The translations under genes and the position numbers were made by a program. A stretch of 64,000 nucleotides of DNA from Lytechinus pictus. Its lineage: Eukaryota. Below, piece after piece: positions 36,679 to 50,562 of this stretch (position 1 is its first letter; the number at the start of each line of letters is the position of its first letter). The stretch covers positions 29,016,001 through 29,080,000 of the forward strand of contig NC_087246.1 of NCBI RefSeq assembly GCF_037042905.1. Reading direction: 5' to 3'. A model generated the notes under the pieces. It ran no database searches and was not told the DNA's origin. It saw only the letters and a program-made list of their open reading frames with translations.

Positions 36679-37962
36679 ATAAGAAGGGAACAAGATAAAG
36701 TAGGCTGATAGGGGGGGGGGATTGGAAGTAGTACTAAATCCAAAGTTTTGAATCCAGTTTTGTCCCTGAAAACAGGGGTGGCCAGATTTCCCACACACTT
36801 GCAGCGCAGCAATCACCCTTGAGTAGCGGGCAACAATTTTTGAGATTTTGGAAGGGGCAGTTTGATAGAGTTATTATGAATTCTTATTTGCAGATAATTT
36901 GTAGGTAATTTACATGAATTCATAAACTAACAATAAAAGAAAATACAGCCTTATCAACGTCTGTAATTGAAAATGCAGATATATCTTTACATTAAGAATG
37001 TCTTTCATATTCTGCCTTCATCTCAGTTTTTGTCTTTTTTCATGTGAATTTAACTAAATTCATTTGCAATATTGCACTTATGCTAGTACTGCAACTATAC
37101 TGCAAGAATCCAACAATATCATTATAAATCATAATCAGATCATATAAACCATGTATTCAATATTTTCCAGTCATAAAGAAGGCAATAAATATACATACAG
37201 ATGGAATTTCTTATCCATGTTGATATTCCTTTGTAAGACTTTCAATCATCACTTTCTCAGAAATTCTTAGCCATTTGCAACATTTAGCTTGCCTGTAATT
37301 TTGCTTAGATTAGTTACTGCATAAATGCACCGATTAAATAGTGCGTTTTGTATAAATAATATGAAAAAAGATTTAAAAAATTGAAATGTAGTCTTGGAAT
37401 AATTTCTTGGTTATAACTTGTTCAAATTATATCAACCTATAAGCTATTATATATATATTCCTGATTTATATATTCCTCAGTATCTGGTATCTTGGTCTGT
37501 TGAAGTGCAATAGATAATAGAGTAGTTTTGTATATTTTGCTATTTTGGGTTTTTTCACATAAAGATATGTTGTGTAGTGCGAAGAGCATTGGTGGTTAAT
37601 TTCCAGAAGGTTTTTAAACCGATTGTAAAATAGCTGTTTGAACTTGCATACCATTTAACAAATATGCAGATGTTCACAGGTCAAAACAAGAAGAATGTAT
37701 TATAGAGAACTTTTTATTATTTAATGATAAAACTTATCAAAATAATTTCACAATGGTACAAGTACATTTCATTCCAAATACATTGACATATTTATTAAAA
37801 ATAGGGTTGTATATTTCACTCCATTCCACATACATGTACATCTATTTATCTCACAGAACTATTTATAAAGTACCTCTATACTGTAATTCAATAATGATCT
37901 TCTGCTGATGTTGTCCCTGCTTACCACATCTGCCAACTGTAGGTGGTTAACAGAAACATTAT

Positions 37963-38396
37963 GGCCCAAATTCACAAAGGTGGTTTTGAAAACTCACGGT
38001 TGAGTCCATGGTTTATGCAGATTTCCTGTATAAATTACGCTTAATTTAGCGCGTATCGGGCGCGTGTATAAAAGATTCCAATGCTGATGCGCGCTTTTGT
38101 CACAGTGCGCCAAATTGACGCCTGTTGCCGTGGATATCCACGCTATTTTATTCATGAGTCTACTGTTTTTATTAATGAGTTCACTCTTCAAACAGTGGAC
38201 TCATGAATAAAATAGCGTATCTAACCATGGTAACAGGCATCAATATGGCGCACTGTGACAAAAGCGCGCATCAGCATTGGACATCTTTTATACACGCGCC
38301 CGATACGCGCTAAATTAAGCGTAATTTATACAGGAAATCTGCATAAACCATGGCCTCAACCGTGGGTTTTCAAAACCACCTTTGTGAATTCGGGCC
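37963..38396. mobile_element. Near-perfect fold-back MITE (Harbinger-like GGCC ends)
   Basis: GGCCCAAATTCACAAAGGTGGTTTTGAAAAC...GTTTTCAAAACCACCTTTGTGAATTCGGGCC; arms about 200 bp, spacer about 30 bp. Confidence 0.9.
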
Positions 38397-41300
38397 AATT
38401 GGTTTATAACTCATAATTGACAGATAACTACAAAATAAATTCCTGACACAGATTACCTGAACTCTTTCATTAAAACCAATTTTTTCAACTTAAAGTTATG
38501 AAACAGTGAAATAAAAAATGCTAGGGGATGTAGAATTAAAAAATATCAAACATGCATTACACTTGTACCAATGCAAACTTCGGTAGTGCAATTCCTGTTT
38601 TTGTAAGCTTTGCTTTTATACAATGACTATTCAAGACTATCAAAGTGAATTGATATGGTTTTTTTTTTCACATTTGTAAATCCACTTCTAGTATATGATT
38701 TAAAGTTCATTCTTGGTGCTGGTTTTGATGTTAAACGCACAATTTAGAATGCCTTTCTTATCTCTGAACTTTGTGGGTTTGAGGGCTTATTTTATTAACC
38801 TTAAAAATCCTAATTTACCTTGTATTTTAATAATATAGAGTCTCCAATAATATGAATTATGGCTCACATGGAAAGAAAATTAAATTAAGAAAATATTAAG
38901 AAATAGAATTCTAGGTATATTGCATGGGATTGTGGTTCATTGTGCAAGCAACATATACACCCATTTATTAACAACTTAAGAGAGATCAATACATGCATAC
39001 ATTATATTTTTCTTGTCAATTAAAAAAAATATTGTATGATTAAAAGAATTTAAGAAGTATATAATGTACATTGTGTCCCAGTAAAAAAAATAAACAGAGA
39101 ATTGTGTTTTAACGTAACATTAGTAATCACAGATGTCATGAATTGATGACATGATTGTAAAGCAGTGTCCCTTTTTTAAAAATTTGTTGCAACTCATATG
39201 ATGCTTCAACCACACATCAGTGAGTAAAACAATTTAAAGAAAGGATACCATAGTCATTTGGTGGATGGTATCTAAATTTTTTAAAAAAATCACGTCTCAG
39301 AAGTTCCACATGTGCCCTTTCATTCAAAGAAAATAAACAAGGATAACAAAGTTCTACTTTTTTTTCTCCAAATACAAGCATTTGTTTAATTTCATTAAAT
39401 ACATGCATTTTTCTCTGATTGCCTAACATAGCAATATCATGGTTCCCAAAGGAATTGATGTGAGGTTGATTGACAACAAAAAGAGGTGGTGAGTTTGTCC
39501 AAAGGTCAGCTTGTGAAAGTATCATTATTTCAAGAAAATAGAACATTGTTGTTTGTTTGTGATTTTCAGATACCATCAGCCAAATGATTTTTTATGTGCT
39601 TTCTTAAAAGAATGTTACTCATGAGTAGTATGTGTCATGTGAGTTGCATCAGATGAAAGAAGTGAAACTAAATAAGGTTTACAGTGAAATATCATTAGTT
39701 AATCACATCTGATGAAATATGAATAATTCTCAATTTTTTTCTGTGACACACTGTGTAAACAAAATAGAGATGCAAGTTCAAGTGTCGTTAACAGTTCATA
39801 ATGTACTATCATAATTACTGTTATCTTTTATATAAGAAATTTGTGTCATTTTACATAACAGTTTATATTGCAAATTTTATACCATATTTTCTGATTTTGA
39901 TGTGAAATAAATCCGCGTTTATTGCAACTCTTCAGAATGAGATCTACTTATGATTTTTGTGCAATTACTGTTTACTTTGTGTGTCAGTTAATCATACCCC
40001 CCCCCTTTTTTTTTTTAATGGGTCTCACTTTCCTAAAGCCTGTTCAGATATAGTTCGGGCAAACTTAGCAACCAAGATTACCACCATTTAAATTCAATAA
40101 AAATCTAGATAGTTGCTTTGCTACAAAAAGGGAAAATTTGAATTCCTATAAAAAAGTTAGCACAAAATATATCACAAGTAGTTTGTCCAATTTCAGGCAA
40201 GAATGCCCTTTGATAGTTGTGTGATACATGTAGCTGAAAATGCTGAGCTTGGTCATATATTCTAAACAATGCATGTACTGAATTACCCATGGCATAGTCT
40301 CAAGAAGGGGGAGGGGAGGCAAAAGATTGTATTCCCTTAACCCTACATGAGCTCAAGAAGGGTCGTATTTGAAAACCCCTACTATAATATGATAAATCTG
40401 TGTTCATAAACACAATCAGTTTCCCAGAGCCTTCGTACTTTACTTCTAATAGGCATTAAAATGTAATGGGACACTACTGAATGGAACAATTTTCAGATTC
40501 TTCTTTAGCATATTACCATAGACCTGTTTGGGTCGTTTCTCTATCTTGTCACAATTTTTACTTTTGTAATTTCCCTTTGTAGTATTAAAAGAATATAAAT
40601 CAGATATTAATCAACCTTTAGTATATCACCATAAAACTCCCCATGATTTTTATACTGGGGTATGAGAGAGGGGATTTAAAACCATATACATTGAGGGGGA
40701 AGGTAATTCCTTCGGAAAATATATACCTGTACAGCATACCTGAGAATACCCTGAATAATGTTTATAAATATGTTTGGTCCATTTTAGAACAACATGTGGG
40801 AGCTTTCAATTATAAGTCAACCTTTCCACATGCATAGAGACTAAATGGTATTAGGCATTTCTAAGAACTGAGGTACAATATGTCATTTGTCAATTATAAT
40901 TGTTTACGATTAAGATAGGATAAATCATCAATAATTCTTGGTGTCATTTTTTTATGGAAGATACATAAGTAGTATATGGCATGTCATTGTATAATTCAGA
41001 ATATGTAATGTATGAAAGTGTCAGCCTGGGCAAGCCTTGTGTGTAACTTGAGGGGGACAATTTGTACTACCTAGAGGTCCCCGCAGATGACTTGCGCCTG
41101 TTTTTATTTCACTTTATGAAGTATCAATTGGCCTGTCCACCACAAACTTGCTTTCAACACTAGCAAAATACCAAAAAGCATCTAAGCACATTTTCGGTGA
41201 AAAACTGACAAAAAATAATTAAGAAAATCTTTTTTTAGTATTTATAGCTCTTATTTATTAGTATCTCCTCATTGTATTTGAGGTATACAAGATAAATAAC

Positions 41301-41452
41301 CAGGAATAAATTGATAAAACATCAATACAATTATTGAAGCACAATTTGAAAATGTTTATCTTTCTGAAACAGCTTCCAGGTCGATCCTTGGCCAGGATAT
41401 TTGTCAATGTTATTAATATTATTATTTCAGTCCTCTTTGGCATCAACAAAGT

Positions 41453-44242
41453 TCAGCAGAAGACATCTCTGAAAGCTTCCTTTTCTAAATCACTGAGGTC
41501 AGGGTGCCAAAGGTCAACCATTAGAATGACCCTTGACCCATCAATACCGTTCACTGATCCTTCATTTGCATTGACTGCTTCATGTAAAAAGGAGTCATCA
41601 AACAAGAGACAATCCTCTTCTTTCCATTGCTTGCATTCACCAGCCACTGTCAATGAGCAATTATCTGGGATCTGAATGCCTGTACAGATGGGAAAAACAA
41701 AACATGTTCAAAAGTTGTTATTATTTCGGCTACAATCAGACAATTGCAAATACAAATATATGATAATTAATATGTAATCCAACTTGTATTACATGATTAT
41801 ATTGAAAAAAAAATGACAAGATACTTCACTTACATTCCTATTCCTCCAATGTTGTTACAATTACTTTCTAGGCTGGTCGACAAAGGGCAAGAAGATGTTG
41901 CTATCCTGTGGAACCTCAACATAATAAAACCTTATAATCAAAGCACTCTATCAAATAACCAGGGGCATTTCATAAAGTTTAGTTATGCACAATGCTAAGT
42001 ATGACTGGTGACCACTTCTTGTGCTACATGAGAATGAGGAGATATTTTTCCTGTCTTAAAACCATGGGATTGCACTTCCAAAAACCCTAAAACCATAAAA
42101 AAATAAAATGAAATAAGATTTTAGGGTGTAATAGTACCTAAATGACACCTAAGGCGGATATTACATGGTCCGTAGTGAGGGGATATGTGGGAACCTGGCT
42201 GTAGAACAGAGAAGCAGGCGTATCCAAATGACACTCCCTGCATGAAGGTCTCCAACTTCTCTAATACTTTCACAGTCCTTGCACATTTCAAGCAGTTATC
42301 CTCTATCCTTCTGCCTTGGTTAAACAGATGGAAGACATTCCACGACCCAGAGGGTACATTATTCACAGACCACCCGCTGCTGTCACCTTCCAAATATCTT
42401 GCATAAATGCTTTCAAACTCCTGTTTGATGACTCCAAACTTGTCTTTTAATATATGAACGTCACTCCTATGCGCTTTGCTAGATACAGCCTCAATGTCAT
42501 ACCATGGGTAGCCTTGAAGTATGGGATAGGAGTAAACCATTGGATTTTGAAGCTTTATCGTTTTCTCCTCAATGTCAGCTTTGTCAGATACACCATCCAT
42601 ACATCCTCCTAGCGTGTCTTGTCGAAAGCTTGCGCATAAATCTTTAAGGAAGAGTTGGTTCTCCGAGCATTGCTTCTCCAAAAACTCTCCAAGTCTTTCG
42701 TTCCACAGCAGGTGATTGTCTTTCCTTGGTTTACATCTGACACAGTCTGGTTGATGACATTGAGCGTAGTCTCCCAATACATCGGGCTTTGATACTTCAT
42801 CTGCCTAAACAACAATTTAGAAATTACTAACATAGACATAACAGTATTTTGTTTTTAAATAGAAAACAGCACATGAAGAGAATGCTATTTGTCAAAAGGA
42901 GCAAGTGTGCTAAAACATTTTGCAACCGTATGTTTTCGCATCAAAGTTAGTTCTATTCTATGAAATTATTCATTTTACTGCATGCAAAATAATTTGTAAT
43001 TTGTATTCTTTCAATAAAAAAATATAGGCCTACTAGTATTCATGAAATCTAGGGGAAAAAACATAAATTTCATTTATATCAGGATAAATTGTTTTCATTT
43101 CACCAATATATTGGTAATACACAAAGCATCATCTCACTCTCGATGCACACAAGTTTGTAACATATGACACTTGGAGCGGATCCAAGATTTTTTGAAAGGG
43201 GGGGCACATTTTCCAGAGGAAAACATTTGACAAGCAAAAAAAATGGTTCTAACCAAAAAAAAAAAAAAAAAAAAAAAAAAGGTCTTCACTTTCAAAAGGG
43301 TGGGCACACTTTGGTTTTCACTGCATTTTTACATTACAAATTTTAATTGTGCCTCTCAAAAGGGGGGCACAGACGGGCTCTGCCCCCCCCCCCCCCTTGA
43401 TCCGCCAGTGACTGGAGTCATAAAATCTACATAACATCAGCAACTGCTACTGAAACCATCAGTCACTAAATTATTTTGAGAGATATATCAGACCTTGCTA
43501 AAAAAAAAAAAAAGCAACACTGGTGGATCCAGGGGGGGGGGCACAGCCAGCCCATGCCCCCCCCCCCTTTTGAGAGGCACAATTAAAAATTTGTAATGTA
43601 AAAATGTGGGCCCCCCTTTTGAAAGTGAAGACCCTTTTTCTTTTTTGCTTGTCATATTTTTTCGTGGACGAAATACCCTTAATTTTTGGTTAAAAACATT
43701 TGCGTCTTTTGGGGGTTTTTCTTCTTTTTTTTTTGCTTGTCAAATTTTTCCTCGGGAAAACGTGCCTCCCCCTTTTGGGAAATCTTGGATCCGCCCCTGC
43801 CTTGCAAAGTGTTTAATGGGCATTAACTGGCCTACTTAACACTTGTACAATCACAAACTGGAGTAGACTATGCGTCAGAAAAATATATGAGACCCCTACA
43901 AGCAGTGGCGGACCGTGACCCGGAGGAGACAAAGCATTGGAGGGGCACAACATTGTTCACAAACAATACAGTGCCCCTCCAATCATTGTCTCCTCCGGGT
44001 CATGGTCCGCCACTGCCTACAAGCATTACCTGGGAACCTGGTGAAAATTATTCACTGGTAAATCAAGTGCAGAACTTATCAAAGCTATTATTGCTTACTT
44101 TCTTTGCATCCTGTTCTGATGTCTCTGCTTTCCTTCCTTTGATGAAGATGTATAAAAGCAACAAAAGTCCTGCTGCGGTGGTCAGTACATGCTGGGAATA
44201 AAACTCCCATGTAGAATCACCCTCCTCTTCGTTTAGATCCAT
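41453..44242 (-). CDS. ASPHD2: Aspartate beta-hydroxylase domain-containing protein (ASPHD2/ASPHD1-like), 345 aa. Exons 44242-44099, 42804-42138, 41679-41453
   Basis: N-terminal hydrophobic anchor (VLTTAAGLLLLLYIFI), CHQPDCVRC, HISPHYGPCNIRLRCHLG, FDDSFLHEA and RVILMVDLWHP. Junctions are GT-AG and in phase; total 1038 nt. Confidence 0.9.
43168..43799. mobile_element. Two adjacent hAT-like MITEs (about 43168-43410 and 43518-43799) in the ASPHD intron
   Basis: GCGGATCCA...GATCCGCCAGTG and CACTGGTGGATCCAGG...TGGATCCGCCCCTG ends; poly-G/C/A tracts; TTTGACAAGCAAAA motif shared with other copies in the window. Confidence 0.65.
43903..44015. mobile_element. 113-bp hAT-like hairpin MITE
   Basis: CAGTGGCGGACC...GGTCCGCCACTG, arms about 46 bp, exact 8-bp TSD CCTACAAG. 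Confidence 0.9.
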
Positions 44243-45483
44243 GTTCCGTCAGGGGAAGCAAACCTGCCTTGGTCTTAAAATAATTTTCCTGAAAGCAAAA
44301 CCAAAAATAAGAAAAGAAGAATGGTGAAGTTTTAAAGTCAAATCCACTTTGACCCCCCCCCCTCAAAAAAAAAAAGGCATGCCAAAAAAGGAGTCAAGAT
44401 CATCATACTCATAGACATATTATTATTAGATGGCAATCCAACAATGAAAGTCATCGCCGACAAATATTGATTCTTATAATAATTTAATTATTGGAATGGA
44501 AAGTACCTGTTTTGTAGCCCCACCTATATTGAAGTTAACTTTCAAGTTTCAAACAAATGAATTTTATACGCACTTTTCTTTTGAACAGTAGATCAATCAA
44601 GACCGACCAGGCCAGATGCCTTGATGAGCACGGCGACCCAGCATCGTGTATCATCAACGGTTCACTTCAGGACAGCATTCACTCACTCATTCAATGAACA
44701 AGGTTAGGATTTTATTACCATTCACCTAAGTTCAGCATCATGTCTCATGACTCGTGTAAAAAAAGTCAGTGTCGAGTGGCATAGCACTTAGCAGTATTCA
44801 GTACAGCCAGGCATATGACTGGTAGTGGTAGACAGGATAGGATAATCGTTTTTTGCAGGAGATTCATTAAAAAAATTCTTATACTTCACTTCCATTCCAA
44901 TCAGAGTGAAGCCGACAGGTCGTTCAGCTCAGCAGGACAACCAATATTGCAATGCAAGAATCGAGAAAGGCTTCCTTGCAATGCAGTGTAATAGTGCAGT
45001 GGTTTACAACGTGTACGTGTATTGGTATTTTGTTTTCCTCAGCTCAGCAGCTCGCAGCGCTTTCGTAGATAGTCTATTTAAACTAAGCTTGTTATTGAAC
45101 TTATTCGTCATTTTTAATTTATTTAAGTCTAGAGACAAATTATTGATTTATTAAATTTTATTCAGTATCTTGAGCAAATACTAATAATATATTTAATTGA
45201 TATTATCATGATAGGTATCATGAGATATGCTAAAAATAATGAAAGTTACTGTAGATCTAGAAGCAAGATAAGGCTAAAATAGGGAAATTCCCTAAAACTG
45301 GGCGTTGTCTCGGACGCGACGCGGCTCGGCCGGTATACTCTAGCTCTGGAGGTTGGTAAGTGGCCATGGCGTACGGGGGGGGGGGGGGGTACTTAGATTT
45401 GGTTTGGCCGGGGTGTGCGGCTGAAGGTTCAAAACCCATACCCATATTTACGGGTCATTGTGGCTAAAAAGGTACCCATTATT

Positions 45484-45929
45484 TAGACCAAAAGCTTCGG
45501 TCTCTGTTATGTTGGTTGTTCAGCTGAACTCCGTTGGCTTCACTCACCAAATACAGAGACCGAAGTTCTAGCGCGATCTGTACAGGGGACTCAATGGCCA
45601 TATGTTTATGTACTTAAGATCGGATAAAACGGGGAAGTGAATTTGCGTGACAGCTGAGGTAAGTCACTGTTTTTGTTCCTTTTAACTTGATTTTTCTCCG
45701 TTTTTTGGCAATTAATGCCAAGAGGGAATATTAATTTGCATTTTGGTCGCGTTAATTTTCAAAATTTTTATTCATTAAAGACAAAAATTGAAGAGCCCCG
45801 ACGGGGGGATTTTGCATTGCAAGTCCCCTAATGGTGGCTGCACGCTAGCGAGCCGTCTGTGTACGAGGAGACAAAAAAAAAAAAAAAAAGTTAAAAAACT
45901 CCTCGAAACAGACGGCTGCCAGCTGTCTA
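45484..45929. mobile_element. Non-autonomous element with TAGAC...GTCTA termini and a 9-bp TSD
   Basis: CCCATTATT flanks both ends (45475-45483, 45930-45938); internal hairpin CTTCGGTCTCTGT/ACAGAGACCGAAG. Confidence 0.7.
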
Positions 45930-46173
45930 CCCATTATTATGGATTTATTACAGGGGCGGATCCAGGATTTTCCAAAAGGGGGGGGGGGGGGGGCACATTT
46001 TCACCTTGAAAATTTGACAAGCAAAACAATTTTGTTTAAAAGGTTATCACCCAAAATGTAAGTTCATTTCGAATTTGCACCTAAGACATTGGATGAGAAT
46101 ATGTACCCATGTTTAAGGCCAATGTCTAAAAATCGGGGGCCATGTTCAGGGATTTTCCGGCATAAAACCATAC

Positions 46174-49100
46174 TAGTCAGGCAGCATATGTAATTTACTT
46201 CGACAATTTGGCTAAGTCTGATATTTCACTTTTATGTAATTGGTGACATCACAAGGAACAACTTTCAACTTGGTGACAAAATTCTAATGGTCATCTTGAC
46301 CATGTTAGCGGTCAAAATGGGGTCAATTTTTTCAAATTGCCCTGATTCTGTCGAGTGACACATCAAATTGTTTGTCTTGTTATACTGAACAAAAAAGTGT
46401 ACACAATCATATACTCTTGACCTTTTGTTAAAAAGTTATGACCGGAAATGTCAAAAGGTCAACGAACTTTCGTTTAATGGCAAATTACACTGAAGGTGTG
46501 AAGAAAGCTCATTTTCCGTGTTTTTATGCATGTGGGTACATTTTTATTTTCGATTTTGATAAGTCCATCATCAGAAGTCCTTATCCAGAAGATATAAAGG
46601 GTCAAAACAAGGTCAGGGAAAGGTCAAAAGGTCAACAAACTTCCATTGGAAGCCAAAATACACGTCTAAAAGCGGTTAGAAGTTTAGAAGTCTTATTTTT
46701 CGTGGGTTATTTATTTTGAAAAGTCTCTATCAAGGAAGACATTATAAAGGGGTCCAATGTGCTTATTTAGGAACATATATAGATAAACAGAGATAGACGT
46801 CGAATATATTCAATGTGGTATCATTGCAGGAATACCTTGAAACGACTTGACAAACCGTAATGCCCTTAATAGTCGTATCATTTTCATGATGTTATAAGTG
46901 TAACCAGCTCTTTCCGAGTTTCTTGATTTAGAAATTCAATTCAAGTTATATTCATTTTAAATTTACAAGTCTTTGATTTGTAAAGATACATTTCATCCAT
47001 TTGCTTTGTACATAATATTTTAATCAACAAGGAGTATTGTAATGTACTGAGGTATATACATGTATGTGCACTTTGTTAACAGACACATCCAGGGACTCGA
47101 TTTTAAGGCGCGCGAGAGCGATCGCGCGCTACATGCGCGCCTTAATCCATTTTTGGTAGCGCGATTAATAGCGCGCCTCGCGATAGCTGACCTGCGCGAA
47201 AATGCCTAAAGTCGCCCTCGAAATCACCCAAAATCATGCTTTCGGGGGCGACATAAAATCTGAATGTCGCCCCCGAAGTTATTGCCGAGTGATAACAACT
47301 CAACGGCCCACTAGTGCCATATGCTCGAGCTCCGCTTACCATTTAAAAACCATCCAAAATCCACACTCAAAATCACGAATAAGCCTTAAAAGTAGCGAGT
47401 AGCGCAGTTTCAAATTCCGAAGTTGCGTTATTTTTTCTGTACCACGTATTTCCATACACATGGTACCAGGTATGGAAAAAAAAATCAACGCAACGGTCGG
47501 GAAAGAGTTGCATGTATAGGGATCCATTATGACTACCACCGTGTGCCATTTCGAATGCACATGTTTCCCCTACAGATATCACAATTCTGTGATAAAATAC
47601 GGTAATTCGAATTACACAGGAAATAAATCCCAGAGTCTAGTAACCTAGCATTGGTGAGTTGTCATTCGGCTTTGCTTTTTAAAACGGCTTATTAACTTCC
47701 AAAATAAGTTATCTAATTTATCAATTATAACAAAAAAATCATTTGTTTTCTTTTTCTAGGGGATGAGGTATTATATCAGACAATAAATCATCAAACAAAG
47801 CTCCATCTCTTTTACAAGGACGGCGGCAGGCTCACGCATTGGCGCTTTTACTAGCTAGCCAGTTGAAGCTCTGTCTCTCTGCCAGAGCTCTGGGGGACAA
47901 TTCGCTCAGTAAAGGCCTCAATGATGGTGATTTTCTGTTTCAGACAGAGTTTACATTTCAGGAATATTATTCAAAACTGCCAATAAAGTTTGATGATTTC
48001 TTCATTGTCATGTATATTTAAGTTCTTAATGAATACATTCTCACCAAATTTAGACTCCCCCATAGAGAAATTAAATTTTCATGGAGATCTGCGTTTTCAA
48101 AGAACTTCAGGAAAAGTTAGGGTATGTGATGGGCCTTTATTACATGTACATGGCTGACTAGGGTATTGTACTGGAATAAATGGAGTAGAAATTAGATATT
48201 GAATTCATTTATATCCAAGTCCAACTCACAGTCACACACACACGCACACACCCACACACACCCACATCCAAGATTCTAAACATGATAAATAACTTTAAAA
48301 ATCATACAATATTAAACAAAAAGTAATAATTCCTTAATAAGTGAACAGGTATTCCTCAAAATACAAAAAAGTAGCATTTAAAAAGAGCCCCCGAAATTTG
48401 ACAAAAAATTAAAATGGAGCCCCCGAAAAAAAAAAAAAAGTTTTGACTTAACTTTTAGCCAAAGTCAAAACCTAACTAAAACAGGTTTTACAACACACAA
48501 TCTAATTACAATACATTGTAAAACAATTATAAATACTTCCTTTGGTTGTTGATTGTAATTTTATAGTACATACATTTCCTCCATCCATTTTGTTAATTGG
48601 GCAAAAAGCTCCCCTTGTATGTTGAAGAAGAGCTTTTTGAAGTGCTCCTCTACCGCTCTCCTTAAAAGTTCTAGGAGAGCTTTTTATTGCTCCCCTTATA
48701 ATTATAAAACCGAGTCCCTGCACATCGATTGATCAGTGCTCCCAGCTCCTCATGTCTAACATCTTATTTGGATTAACTTACGAATAAGATAATGAGGTTA
48801 GGATTGAGGAAGGTAATAAGTTGGACTCCAATACCCTCAATTAATTGTAATGTGTGACGGTTATATTATTTCTATTATTTCTGACAAAGAGGCAACATAT
48901 CGTGCAGCAAGCATGCTGTTTGTAGTCAGTCATGTGTGTCCATCATGCTGAAGTGATATATTCTGACCATTATTCGATCTCTGGACTACACATTCCTGAT
49001 TATGTGCTGACATTAACACGGCTTGTACTATTTTATCAAGTGTGTTTTTCCAGAGCATACAACTGATGTGCATAGATGCTAGATGCAGATTTTGTTTTTG

Positions 49101-50562
49101 TTCTTTTGTCGTTCTTGTTTTTTCCTACTTGCTGAACTACCTGGATGTTACTAGAAAGAATAATCACATATGTCATTGAAGTAAACCACAGCCATACCGC
49201 AGCGGAAATTAGAGGGGGGGGGCAGCTGCCCCCGGAAATTGTGAGGACTTGCATTTTTACTGAAAAATAAATAAAATTGACCAAAAGTATGCGCAAAATC
49301 CTTAAATTTCACTTTGCAAAATGCAAAAGGGCCCCAATGGTAAGATCAGAACAGCACATGCACCAGAAATGTGTAGTCCTTGTTGTCTCCAGAGATCAAG
49401 TAATGGCCAGAATATTATCACATCAGCATAATGGACACCCATGACTACAATGAGCATGCCTGCACGATGTTGCCTCTTTGTCAGAAATAATACAACCGTC
49501 ATACATTAGAATTAATTGAGGAGCAATTGGAGCCCAACTTATCATCCTCAATCCTAACCTCATTAAAGATAATCCAAATGAAATGTTAGGCAACTTTCTT
49601 AGGAGTTGGGAGCACTGATCAATTTTTATGTTTATTCTGTTAACATAGTATTATACTTATACCCCAATACATTACAATAATTTCTGTTAATTAGAATATT
49701 CTGTACAAAGCAAATGAAGGAAATACTTCGTTACATATCAAAGACTTGTAAATTGAAAATGAATTGAACTTGAATTGAATTCCTAAATGAACAAACTTCC
49801 CTGGTTGCTCTTAATTATCACATCATGAAAATGATAAGATTTTAAGGGCATAAGGGTTTATCGAGTCGTTTCAAGGTATTCCTGCAATGACACTGAATTT
49901 GTATTCGACGTCTATCTTTGTTTATCCATTTGGTTCCTAAATAAGCACATGGACCCCTTTATATACAATGTCTTCCTAGATAGAGACTTTTCAAAATAAA
50001 GAACCCACGGAAAATAAGACTTCTAAACTTCTAACCGCTTTTAGACGTGTATTTTGGCTTCCAATGGAAGTTTGTTGACCTTTTGACCTTTCCCTGACCT
50101 TGTTTTGACCCTTTATATCTTCTGGATAAGGACTTTTGATGATGGACTTATCAAAATCGAAAATAAAAATGTACCCACATGCATAAAAACGGCACGGAAA
50201 ATGAGCTTTCTTCACATCTTCAGTGTAATTTGCCATTAAACGAAAGCTAGTTCGTCGACCTTTTGACATTTCCGGTCATAACTTTTTAACAAAAGGTCAA
50301 GAGTATATGGTTGTGTACACTTTTTTGTTCAGTATAACAAGACAAACAATTTGATGTGTCACTCGACTGAATTGGGGCAATTTAAAAAATTGACCCCTAT
50401 TGACCTTATTTTGACCACTAACATGGTCAAGATGACCATTAGAAATTTGTCACCAAGTTGAAAGTTGTTCCTTGTGATGTCACCAATCACATAAAAGTGA
50501 AAAATCAGACTTAGCCAATTTGTCGAAGTAACCGGTAAATCATGACATATGCTGCCTGACTA
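46174..50562. mobile_element. 4.4-kb non-autonomous element with about 850-bp TIRs (Academ-like)
   Basis: TAGTCAGGCAGCATATG...CATATGCTGCCTGACTA, 3-bp TSD TAC. The near-identical ORFs 46438-46719(+) and 49991-50269(-) are the two arms. A second internal inverted pair lies at about 48730-48960 and 49430-49620. Confidence 0.85.
47090..48720. mobile_element. hAT-like non-autonomous element with a 6-bp TSD, nested in the Academ-like element
   Basis: CAGGGACTCGATTTTA...TAAAACCGAGTCCCTG termini; CACATC at 47084-47089 and 48721-48726. Confidence 0.8.

Noticed and set aside
45640-45670. Strong + strand donor GAG|GTAAGT
   Set aside because: It lies inside the TAGAC..GTCTA element; no partner exon was identified.
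46438-50269. Two near-identical 92-93 aa ORFs on opposite strands
   Set aside because: They are the two arms of a long TIR; no transposase motifs are visible.
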